This document shows positions 31,408 through 39,932 of a stretch of DNA of 50,578 bases, piece by piece. The translations under genes and the position numbers were made by a program. The notes beneath the pieces were generated by a model that saw nothing but the letters and a program-made list of their open reading frames with translations, was not told where the DNA came from and did not search any database. The DNA is from an uncultured Clostridium sp. Lineage in GTDB: Bacteria > Bacillota_I > Bacilli_A > RF39 > UBA660. The DNA lies in assembly GCA_964612605.1 (NCBI GenBank), contig CAZTEJ010000003.1:1-50578 (forward strand). The letters are read 5' to 3'. Every line of letters begins with the position of its first letter. Position 1 is the stretch's first letter.

Positions 31408-31440
31408 GGTCCCCGCCAGGTCCCTACCTGACTGGGGACC
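31408..31440 (-). promoter_or_regulatory. GC-rich hairpin/cruciform downstream of the target gene
   Basis: - strand GGTCCCCAGTCAGGT-AGGG-ACCTGGCGGGGACC, about 15 bp after the target stop codon. Confidence 0.75.
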
Positions 31441-31454
31441 AACCTCCATTTCTA

Positions 31455-33086
31455 TTATAATGATAACACGAAAGGATTTTCCTTTGTTCCTGTTCCACCG
31501 GTTATCGAGATTTCAGATTTCAGATATAATGCCGGCAGCACGCCAAGGCTGTTAAGCGCGTTGAGGTGGTAGCCGAAGCCAAACGAAGCGACGAAAAACT
31601 GGAAAACACCATCCTCCGCGTACGAGGACATAGTCCACCAAAAATAATAATTCTCATCTGAATATAATTTTCCATACCCTTCCGGTACTATATTTAACCA
31701 ATTTTCATTTTTACATTTAAAATTGTCATGATTATCAGAATCATTAACATCATATCCTGCCCATAAATTACTTCTACATTCTTCATCGTTAGATGAATAT
31801 CCATAATCAGACCAATACATCAAACCTATTTTCCCATTCCATGTACTTGTCCTTGTTACATCATCTCCAGTATATACATTATTACTTCTTTCCGCATTAT
31901 ATATATTTATTGTAGGAATATCATAAGTTTCAGAGTCACCATCGCTATTTAATATTCCACCCGTATTCCATACTACATCTGCTATCATATTTTGATATGA
32001 TGATTTTATAACTAAATTCCTATCAAACTCTCTTTGATCAGTGTTACTATAATTAAATAGTTCTCCACCATACCACATCGGATTACTTGTTAAACTATTA
32101 TTTAAATAATCTCCATTTAATTCTTTCATTAAATTTGATATATTCCACGCATTACATCCATATCCATCACAATATCCATCATCATCATATACATCAAAAG
32201 CATATTCTCCAATAGATTCTGCTCTTATTAATTTTATCTTCTTACTATGAGTACTTAAAGTATTCCCACTTTCATCCGCATCATACATATCAAACACACC
32301 TATTATTCTCCATAATTCATTATTAAATGATACATAATTATTAGGATCACTTCCTACATATCTTAAGTTATTATCACTTGTTTCATCATATCTTAAATCA
32401 GTATCATCTGCATTATACTTACTTTCTAATACATCTATCATATTACCAGTTGCTAAAACACTACCAGAGCTTTCCTCATTAACTAATATCTTACCTGTAA
32501 AGTATGCTCCCTTATTCTCATCTTGACTTACCCCTGTATCAGGAAACTGCATCTTTAAATTAAATGTTACACTTTGTTCTTCTTGATTCGGTTTAAATAC
32601 TCCTGTTACTAACTTAACATATCTTAAACTTGGACTAAATGTACCATGGTTATATCCAGTTTCACTTGTACCAGGTATACTTGTAACATCACCTATAATA
32701 CTTGATGTTATATTACTATTACTATCAGTTCTCTTTAAATACCAATGTAACTGTCCATCACTAAACGTACTAGTATACTGAATACCAATATAATATTCCA
32801 TATCAAGCCCAGTATCAGCAGTAGCCGTATTCTTTCCTACCAATGTAAATGTTTTATCTACTAAGATATCATTACCAGGTTGAAAATCAGTACTTGTTAA
32901 TTTACCTCCTAAATCATTTGTTCCATCACTATACGTGATTTTCATTGCACCACCAGTAACTGCTACTGTTGATGCACTTATGTTATTATTACTTGCTGTA
33001 AAAAACGCATACGTTACCCCAGCAAACATAACTATAAGTATCGCAACTGTTGCGATAGCAACAATCAAAGTTTTGTTTTCCTTCAT
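31455..33086 (-). CDS. DGR target: exported protein with SipW-type signal peptide and C-terminal variable (probable C-type-lectin-like) domain
   Basis: N-terminus ...MFAGVTYAFFTA; C-terminus WWTMS-[VR]-GVLPALYLKS...GTGTKENPF. Confidence 0.9.
   Translation of the reverse strand: MKENKTLIVAIATVAILIVMFAGVTYAFFTASNNNISASTVAVTGGAMKITYSDGTNDLGGKLTSTDFQPGNDILVDKTFTLVGKNTATADTGLDMEYYIGIQYTSTFSDGQLHWYLKRTDSNSNITSSIIGDVTSIPGTSETGYNHGTFSPSLRYVKLVTGVFKPNQEEQSVTFNLKMQFPDTGVSQDENKGAYFTGKILVNEESSGSVLATGNMIDVLESKYNADDTDLRYDETSDNNLRYVGSDPNNYVSFNNELWRIIGVFDMYDADESGNTLSTHSKKIKLIRAESIGEYAFDVYDDDGYCDGYGCNAWNISNLMKELNGDYLNNSLTSNPMWYGGELFNYSNTDQREFDRNLVIKSSYQNMIADVVWNTGGILNSDGDSETYDIPTINIYNAERSNNVYTGDDVTRTSTWNGKIGLMYWSDYGYSSNDEECRSNLWAGYDVNDSDNHDNFKCKNENWLNIVPEGYGKLYSDENYYFWWTMSSYAEDGVFQFFVASFGFGYHLNALNSLGVLPALYLKSEISITGGTGTKENPFVLSL
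31535..31632 (-). repeat. DGR variable repeat (VR)
   Basis: 80/98 identity to TR, with all 18 differences at TR adenines. Encodes MSSYAEDGVFQFFVASFGFGYHLNALNSLGVL; ends in GC-rich GGCGTGCTGCCGGC (IMH-like). Confidence 0.96.
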
Positions 33087-33110
33087 AATTTTCTCTCCTA
33101 CTCTAAAAAA

Positions 33111-33138
33111 ATTATAGCACTACCCCCCCGTCTGTCAA
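33111..33138 (-). promoter_or_regulatory. Consensus sigma-A promoter of the DGR target with a G7 tract in the spacer
   Basis: TTGACA-gacGGGGGGGtagTGc-TATAAT (16-bp spacer, extended -10). Confidence 0.85.
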
Positions 33139-33242
33139 TACACGAATTTTCATTTAATTTATATAAATTTGCAAATTAATTTATCCAACTATTTGCAAAT
33201 TATTTTATACTTTATAATTAAAAATAAGACTTATTCAAAGTC

Positions 33243-33938
33243 TTATAGTTTTAACTTTTTCCCCGATAACTCAACTGTCTTTCTTGCCAACACAGTTAAA
33301 CTATCTACTACTATAGAATAATCTAAATCTAATTTCTTATAAGCAACAGACAACTCAGTACATCCAAGTATTACCCTATCACAATTATTATCTCTAAAAT
33401 AATCTATTATCTCATCAAACTCTTCTTTTCTTATATCTATATTCTTTTTAATCTTATCATATATTATTGACATAATCTTCCCTTGATATTCAACATTAGG
33501 TATAAACAATAAACCATCATCAATAAACCTTTGATAAGCCTTAGATCTAATCGTACCATCAGTAGCCATTAAACCAACCCTACTAGGTTTATAACCTAAC
33601 ACCTCTCTACTAGTTTCTTCCAATATATTAATAACCTTAACATCTACATTACTTGATATCTCATCATAAAAATAACTAGCCGTATTACAAGGAATAACAA
33701 TATACTTACAATTCTCCCTTTCCAATAACCTAGCACACCTTATCATCTCAGGCACAGGACTATCCTTACTATTTCCAATTATATAACTAGTTCTATCAGG
33801 AATACTTGAATACTGACAAACCAATAAATTAACATTATCCTGATCACACTCTGATTCAGTATTATCTATTACTAAATCCATAAAATAAGTTGTTGCCTTC
33901 GGACCAAGTCCACCTATTACTCCTATTAAATTATTCAT
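33243..33938 (-). CDS. Aspartate racemase
   Basis: IGVIGGLGP.AT, IPCNTA, ILGCTELS two-cysteine racemase motifs. Confidence 0.9.
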   Translation of the reverse strand: MNNLIGVIGGLGPKATTYFMDLVIDNTESECDQDNVNLLVCQYSSIPDRTSYIIGNSKDSPVPEMIRCARLLERENCKYIVIPCNTASYFYDEISSNVDVKVINILEETSREVLGYKPSRVGLMATDGTIRSKAYQRFIDDGLLFIPNVEYQGKIMSIIYDKIKKNIDIRKEEFDEIIDYFRDNNCDRVILGCTELSVAYKKLDLDYSIVVDSLTVLARKTVELSGKKLKL

Positions 33939-35118
33939 AATACTTCCTAAACTTTCTAATATGATTTATTTTAGCACCCTCTATATAATACTTTCTTTTC
34001 AAACTAAAATCTTTCTTATAATCCAAAGGATTATTTCTCTTTAATCTCTTAACTTTAACTACTAACTCTTTATCCTTACAATACTTCCTTATAACACAAT
34101 AAGGAACTATAGTATACAACTCTTCCCCTTTTTGAACATATTTTTCCTTAGGTTTTTCATATACAAAAGTATCTATTAAAGGCTCCAAATAATTCGTATT
34201 ACCAGATCCCATATAATAATTACTTCTACCTAATCTAACATTAACTTCAAAAAAATAAAATTCCTTACTATCATCATCATACTTAATATCAAAATTAGCA
34301 TATCCAACATACTTTGTTTCCTTTATAAACTTCTTAGCAGCTTCTACTATCTTATCATCCTCTATATTATATATAGCAGAATAATTCCCAGTCACATTCG
34401 GCCCCTTCTCTTCCAATAAAACATGACCAACAGATGAAAAAATAACATTCGAATTTTGATCAGCAAAACAAGTTAACACCCTCATATTAGAATCAGGACC
34501 CTTAACATACTCCTGAACCACTACAGTATCATTATACCCTGATTTAAAACAATTCCTTAAAGACTCTATATACTCTTCTTTATTATTAAATAAAAATACC
34601 TTTTGCTTCCCCTCAAAATCTATTCTCTGATACTCAGCCTTATTTGACGCCTTAGCTATTATCGGATACTTAAATGGAATATTTATATCCAAATAATTAT
34701 TCCTATTAACAACTATAGTCCTAGGATAATTAATTCCAGACTTCTCACAAATTTGATAAAACATTTCCTTAGAAGAAACCTTCAATAAAGTATCATAATC
34801 TATAGTTGGAATAATATAACATTGTTTTAATCTATCCTTATTTCTTATTATTATTTCAACATAATCTTCAGAACAACCAAATAAAAGTAATTTCTTATCA
34901 CTATACTTAGTTTTTAATTCAATTAAAAAATTTATTAACTTATCTTCAGTCATATTATCAACAGTTAATACATCTGTTATTTTAGAACACTTAGTCATCC
35001 AATAATTATATTTTCCTATTATTATTGATTTAATATTATAATGTTCATATATTGTACGAGCAACACTGTAAGCACCTACATCAATTCCAAGTATTACCGG
35101 TATAAACTCTTTAGTCAT
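33931..35118 (-). CDS. ATP-grasp D-aspartate ligase-like protein
   Basis: PVILG.D.GAYSVAR, VQEYVKGPD, NFDIKYD, FEVNVRLGRSNYY; coupled to the racemase. Confidence 0.82.
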   Translation of the reverse strand: MTKEFIPVILGIDVGAYSVARTIYEHYNIKSIIIGKYNYWMTKCSKITDVLTVDNMTEDKLINFLIELKTKYSDKKLLLFGCSEDYVEIIIRNKDRLKQCYIIPTIDYDTLLKVSSKEMFYQICEKSGINYPRTIVVNRNNYLDINIPFKYPIIAKASNKAEYQRIDFEGKQKVFLFNNKEEYIESLRNCFKSGYNDTVVVQEYVKGPDSNMRVLTCFADQNSNVIFSSVGHVLLEEKGPNVTGNYSAIYNIEDDKIVEAAKKFIKETKYVGYANFDIKYDDDSKEFYFFEVNVRLGRSNYYMGSGNTNYLEPLIDTFVYEKPKEKYVQKGEELYTIVPYCVIRKYCKDKELVVKVKRLKRNNPLDYKKDFSLKRKYYIEGAKINHIRKFRKYYE

Positions 35119-35187
35119 CTCTACATCAATTCCTTTTCTTTTTTTATTATAACACGTATATTATAAAAGAATAAGAGCATAATTAAT

Positions 35188-35418
35188 ATGAAGGCGATTA
35201 TTTTGAAAAAAGTTCCTAATATGTTATCAACCAAAGACAATTCTTATATAGAAGATATTTTCAACTGGAATATCACAGCTTATAAAAAAATTGATAACTA
35301 TATTGACTTAGTAAAAGATAAAAATTTATCTAATGAACTTAAAAAAATAGCTAAAATACATAAAACAAACTGTGATTCTTTAGTTAAATACTTAGAAAGA
35401 TGGTGTAATAATGAATGA
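35188..35418 (+). CDS. Small spore coat-associated protein (putative)
   Basis: STKDNSYIEDIFNWN; overlaps the downstream Coat F-like gene. Confidence 0.55.
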   Translation: MKAIILKKVPNMLSTKDNSYIEDIFNWNITAYKKIDNYIDLVKDKNLSNELKKIAKIHKTNCDSLVKYLERWCNNE

Positions 35419-35671
35419 TAAATACATACTATACGATGTATTAAATACAGAAAAAAATATAGTTATTAACATGGCAACCTCATTAAACGAAGCATCCTGT
35501 GATGAAGTTTATAACTTATATTATAAAATATTTAATGACATAAGTATAATATCTAAAACCCTATTTAACATCGGATATAACAATGAATGGTATACATTAG
35601 AACAACAAAATAAAACCAAAATTAATAATTCACAAAATAAACTAAATAAAACATATAAAGCAGATTGTTAA
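35411..35671 (+). CDS. Coat F-like spore coat protein
   Basis: MNDK.IL.D.L..EK.......LNEAS...LF......EWY pattern. Confidence 0.7.
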   Translation: MNDKYILYDVLNTEKNIVINMATSLNEASCDEVYNLYYKIFNDISIISKTLFNIGYNNEWYTLEQQNKTKINNSQNKLNKTYKADC

Positions 35672-35766
35672 CATAAAAATACATATTAATTCTACCATTA
35701 ATATGTATTTTTTTCAATTTAGGGCTTGTTTTTCCATTTTACTTATGATATTATAAATTTGTTCTT

Positions 35767-35843
35767 GGGGAATTAGCTCAGTTGGCTAGAGCACCTGCCT
35801 TGCACGCAGGGGGTCAAGGGTTCGAGTCCCTTATTCTCCACCA
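35767..35843 (+). tRNA. tRNA-Ala(TGC)
   Basis: GGGGAATTAGCTCAG...CT-TGC-AC...GTTCGAGTCC...CCACCA. Confidence 0.96.
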
Positions 35844-35955
35844 TGAATAAATTCAAATCAACATTATGTTGATTTTTTCTTTACAAATAATTAATTTAAT
35901 ATTGGATTTTATCAATTTTTAATGTATTATAATATATAAAAGGAGATGAATTATT

Positions 35956-37140
35956 ATGAGAAATATCGGAACATGCGTTAGAGGCATCAGAACTCCGATC
36001 ATAAAAGAAGGAGATAATTTAACAAAAATAGTTGTTGATTCATTAATAGAAGCATCCAACAACCACAACTTTAATTTCAATGATAAAGATATTATTGGAA
36101 TTACCGAAGCAGTTGTAGGAATTAGTGAAGGAAACTATGTTAGTATTGATGATATAACTAAAGATATCAAATCAAAATTCAATACCAACGAAATAGCCGT
36201 AGTATTTCCAATACTATCTAGAAACAGATTTTCAGGAATACTACGAGGAATTGCTAGAGGAATGGACAAAATATACATGCAACTATCCTTCCCTTGCGAC
36301 GAAGTCGGAAACGGAATAATGGATAAACAAGTCCTTGACTGTACAACTTATAACCTAGGAAGTTTTATTACTGAAGAACAATATACAGAAACATTCGGAA
36401 GTTGGATTCATCCTTTCACAGGTATAAATATGGTAGATTACTACCGTAACCTATGCCATGAAGAAAACTGTGAAATTGAATTTATCTTTTCAAATGATTG
36501 TACAGATATATTAAAATATTGTAAAAACATTATTAACTGTGATATCCATACCAGAAACGAAACAAAAGACCTAATTAACCTTTATGGAGGTAATTGCTTA
36601 TCACTAACTGATATATGTAATAAATCTATCAATGGTTCAGGATATAATCCACAATACGGATTACTAGGTTCAAACAAATCAACAGAAGAAAAACTTAAAT
36701 TATTTCCTAGAAATGGTGAAGAATTAATAAATAATATCCAAAAAGAAATGTTTGATAGAACAGGCAAAACAGTTGAAGTTATGGTATATGGAGATGGAGC
36801 ATTCAAAGATCCAGTAGGAGGAATTTGGGAACTAGCAGATCCAGTAGTATCACCTTTTTATACCAAAGGATTAGAAGGAACTCCAAATGAAATTAAACTT
36901 AAATATGTATCAGACAATATGTATTCAAATTTAACCGGAGAAGAACTAAAAGAAGCCATAAAAAAAGAAATAAGAGAAAAAAATAACAATTTAGTAGGTA
37001 AAAACATTTCCTTAGGAACTACACCTAGAAGAATAACTGATTTAGTTGGATCACTATGCGATTTAACAAGTGGTTCAGGAGATAAAGGAACACCAGTTGT
37101 GTTAGTTCAAGGATATTTTGATAACCTAGCAGACGAATAA
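35956..37140 (+). CDS. Coenzyme F420-0:L-glutamate ligase-like protein (Firmicutes family)
   Basis: RGIRTPIIKEGD, DLVGSLCDLTSGSGDKGTPVVLVQGY. Confidence 0.8.
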   Translation: MRNIGTCVRGIRTPIIKEGDNLTKIVVDSLIEASNNHNFNFNDKDIIGITEAVVGISEGNYVSIDDITKDIKSKFNTNEIAVVFPILSRNRFSGILRGIARGMDKIYMQLSFPCDEVGNGIMDKQVLDCTTYNLGSFITEEQYTETFGSWIHPFTGINMVDYYRNLCHEENCEIEFIFSNDCTDILKYCKNIINCDIHTRNETKDLINLYGGNCLSLTDICNKSINGSGYNPQYGLLGSNKSTEEKLKLFPRNGEELINNIQKEMFDRTGKTVEVMVYGDGAFKDPVGGIWELADPVVSPFYTKGLEGTPNEIKLKYVSDNMYSNLTGEELKEAIKKEIREKNNNLVGKNISLGTTPRRITDLVGSLCDLTSGSGDKGTPVVLVQGYFDNLADE

Positions 37141-37165
37141 AAAGACTTAAACATTAAGTCTTTTT
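37139..37165. terminator. Bidirectional terminator
   Basis: aaaaagacttaa-aca-ttaagtcttttt between convergent genes. Confidence 0.7.
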
Positions 37166-37742
37166 ATCTTGCCATTTTAGTATTACTTTCTATTACTATT
37201 CTTGCCGAAAACTGTTGACCTTCACTATATTGAGGCACCGAAGGCAAATCCGGATAAGATACAACCAAAGTATATTCATGAACCTCAGATGTTGTTCCAC
37301 CAGCAAATGATGGCAATTCATCTTTAAATAAACTAAATTTATTATCAGTTAAATTTATTGGTATATAATCCTCAATACTATAACCATTTCCCTCTAATTT
37401 ATACATTAATTCATTCTCATTAAAATCATTTTCTTCAACTATCATTAAAACATCATATTCCAAAGCCAATGATTCTTTATTAGTATTCTCACCTATTACA
37501 GTAAATTTTTTCTCACTAGACCATCCAGGAAGAATTTTATCCCCCTTAATTGTTCCTTTATCTTTATCATTTTCATAAGTTATAGATACTTTAGCAGAAG
37601 AACCACTTGCAGTTATACTACTATTCTCACTCTGAATTACCGCAACAAAATAGGCATAAGTTAACCCAATAGTTATAAATACTAACATAATAATAATAAA
37701 TATTGAAATAAATAATATATTATTTTTATCTTTCATATTCAT
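37164..37742 (-). CDS. Exported protein with SipW-type signal peptide, similar to the N-domain of the DGR target
   Basis: IGLTYAYF signal end; LPGWSSEKKFTVIGEN and YPD....Q..EGQQFSARI match segments of 31455..33086. Confidence 0.7.
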   Translation of the reverse strand: MNMKDKNNILFISIFIIIMLVFITIGLTYAYFVAVIQSENSSITASGSSAKVSITYENDKDKGTIKGDKILPGWSSEKKFTVIGENTNKESLALEYDVLMIVEENDFNENELMYKLEGNGYSIEDYIPINLTDNKFSLFKDELPSFAGGTTSEVHEYTLVVSYPDLPSVPQYSEGQQFSARIVIESNTKMAR

Positions 37743-37801
37743 TCTCCTACTATTTTATTATAGCAAGTTAATTTATAAAAATCTATATTAAAAGAGATAT
37801 T

Positions 37802-38461
37802 TTAATCTCTTTTATCATCAAAAATCATTAATAATCTTAATACCTCAAGAGCAGACGCTAATACACCAGCAACATAAGTTAATGCAGCAGAAGTAAGCAT
37901 CGTTTTAACACCATCACTATCTTCACTATAATCTAATAATTCTAAATTCTCCTTAGCTCTCTTAGAAGCATTTATCTCCGTTGGCAACGTTACTAATTGA
38001 AACAAAAGACCCAAACTTACTAAAATTATTCCAAACATAACCAAATCAATTGCTTCAAACAATATCCCAATAAAGATTATATAATAAGAAAGACTAGTAC
38101 CCAAATGAACTATAGGATAAATTAAACTTCTAATTCTTAAAAATATATAATTTTCTTTATCCTGAATCGCATGACCACACTCATGTGCTGCAATAGCCAT
38201 TGCAGCAATAGAATCACCACTATACACTTCCCTAGATAATCTTATTATCTTTCTCTTAGGATCATAATGATCAGTCATTGTCCCAGACGTTTCAACAATA
38301 TAAATATCATTTAAACCATTACTATCTAATATCTTTCTAGCAACATCATAACCAGTTACCTCATCACTATTAGAACACTTTCTATACTTATTATATGTAT
38401 ACTTAACATAAATTTGAGCCGCAAGCGGAATTAACAACATTAACAAATAAATATAATCCAT
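37802..38461 (-). CDS. Membrane zinc metallopeptidase (YugP-like)
   Basis: DHYDP, AAHECGHAIQ, TLPTEINAS.RA, AALTYVA. Confidence 0.9.
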   Translation of the reverse strand: MDYIYLLMLLIPLAAQIYVKYTYNKYRKCSNSDEVTGYDVARKILDSNGLNDIYIVETSGTMTDHYDPKRKIIRLSREVYSGDSIAAMAIAAHECGHAIQDKENYIFLRIRSLIYPIVHLGTSLSYYIIFIGILFEAIDLVMFGIILVSLGLLFQLVTLPTEINASKRAKENLELLDYSEDSDGVKTMLTSAALTYVAGVLASALEVLRLLMIFDDKRD

Positions 38462-39853
38462 CTATACCTCCTTATAAGTTGTACCCTCTCTAGTATCAAT
38501 TAACATAATACCTTTAGAATACAACTCCTCCCTTATCGAATCAGCTAATTCATAATTCTTATTCTTCTTAGCCGTATTCCTCTTCTCAATTAAATTCATA
38601 ATATAATTATGATCATCCCTTTGCTTAGACTCCTTAGGCAATAAATCTAAAGCAAGAACTTTATCAAAAGACCTTATTATCTCAATCTTAGTCTTATCAT
38701 TAACAGTATCATCCTTTAACAAAGAATACAAAACAGTTAAAGCATTAGCAGTATTTAAATCATCAGTAATATAATTAGTAAACTCATTCGTATAATTTTC
38801 ATAATCACCATCACATAATAACCCATCATCCCTAAGATTTGCTATTCGATTCTTTAACTTCTTATACTCATTCTCCGATGAAATTAAAGACTCCATCGTA
38901 AACACCAATTGCTTTCGATAATGACTATTTAAACACATATACCTAAACGACAAAGGATCATACCCTTTTTCTTTTAATGACGAAACAGTTAATACATCAC
39001 CTTTACTCTTACTCATCTTACCATCTTTAGTTGTTAAATGTTCAGTATGTACCCAATACCTACACCATAAATGACCTAAATAACTTTCACTCTGAGCAAT
39101 TTCATTAGTATGATGAGGAAATATATTATCAACTCCACCAGTATGTATATCTAAATATTCACCCAAATATTTAATTGATAAACCAGAACATTCTATATGC
39201 CATCCCGGATACCCAATACCAAAAGGAGAATCCCATTTCAATTCCTGATCTTCAAATTTACTTTTAGTAAACCAAAGAGCAAAATCAGACTGATTCTTTT
39301 TATTATTATCATACTCAACCGTATCCCTTACACCAACCACCATTTCATTCTCTTTATGATTAGTCAACTTATAATAATCATCCAACTTAGATACATCAAA
39401 ATACACATTTCCACCCGATTTATATGCATACCCTTTATCTAACAAAGTTTCAATTATCTTTATATACTCATCAATATGTTCACTTGCAGGAGCAACAATA
39501 TCAGGCCTTCTACAATTCAAAGCATCAAAATCCTTAAAAAACGCCTCAGTATAAAATTTAGCAATATCTAAAACCGATTTATTCTCCTTCTTAGCCGAAG
39601 CAACCATCTTATCTTCCCCAGAATCAGAATCACTTTTCAAATGACCAACATCAGTTATATTCATACATCTTTCAACATTATACCCTATATATCTAAGCGT
39701 TCTATCAAGCACATCATTACATACATAATTTCTTAAATTCCCAATATGAGCATAATGATACACAGTAGGACCACACGAATAAAATGTTATTCTATCCTTA
39801 TTAAATGGTGCAAATTCCTCTACCTTTTTACTTAATGTATTATATATTTTCAT
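38462..39853 (-). CDS. cysS: Cysteine--tRNA ligase
   Basis: CGPTVY..AHIGN, PGWHIECS, FPHHTNEIAQ, KMSKS. Start placed at ATG 39853. Confidence 0.97.
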   Translation of the reverse strand: MKIYNTLSKKVEEFAPFNKDRITFYSCGPTVYHYAHIGNLRNYVCNDVLDRTLRYIGYNVERCMNITDVGHLKSDSDSGEDKMVASAKKENKSVLDIAKFYTEAFFKDFDALNCRRPDIVAPASEHIDEYIKIIETLLDKGYAYKSGGNVYFDVSKLDDYYKLTNHKENEMVVGVRDTVEYDNNKKNQSDFALWFTKSKFEDQELKWDSPFGIGYPGWHIECSGLSIKYLGEYLDIHTGGVDNIFPHHTNEIAQSESYLGHLWCRYWVHTEHLTTKDGKMSKSKGDVLTVSSLKEKGYDPLSFRYMCLNSHYRKQLVFTMESLISSENEYKKLKNRIANLRDDGLLCDGDYENYTNEFTNYITDDLNTANALTVLYSLLKDDTVNDKTKIEIIRSFDKVLALDLLPKESKQRDDHNYIMNLIEKRNTAKKNKNYELADSIREELYSKGIMLIDTREGTTYKEV

Positions 39854-39932
39854 ATACTTCCTCCATCTAATTAACATTATTTTATCATTTATATATGAAT
39901 ATTAAAAGAATTTTTTAAAAAGAAAAAAGTTT

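Larger units (their letters stand above)
29031..33138 (-). mobile_element. Diversity-generating retroelement cassette (target/VR, hairpin, MutS-I-like ORF, TR, MutS-I-like ORF, avd, RT)
   Basis: DGR-type RT, Avd-like gene and a TR/VR pair differing only at TR adenines, all co-oriented. Confidence 0.96.

Noticed and set aside
31392-31442. N-terminal 17 codons of ORF 31098..31442
   Set aside because: They run through the GC-rich hairpin and are compositionally unlike the rest; ATG 31391 is the more plausible start, though not proven.
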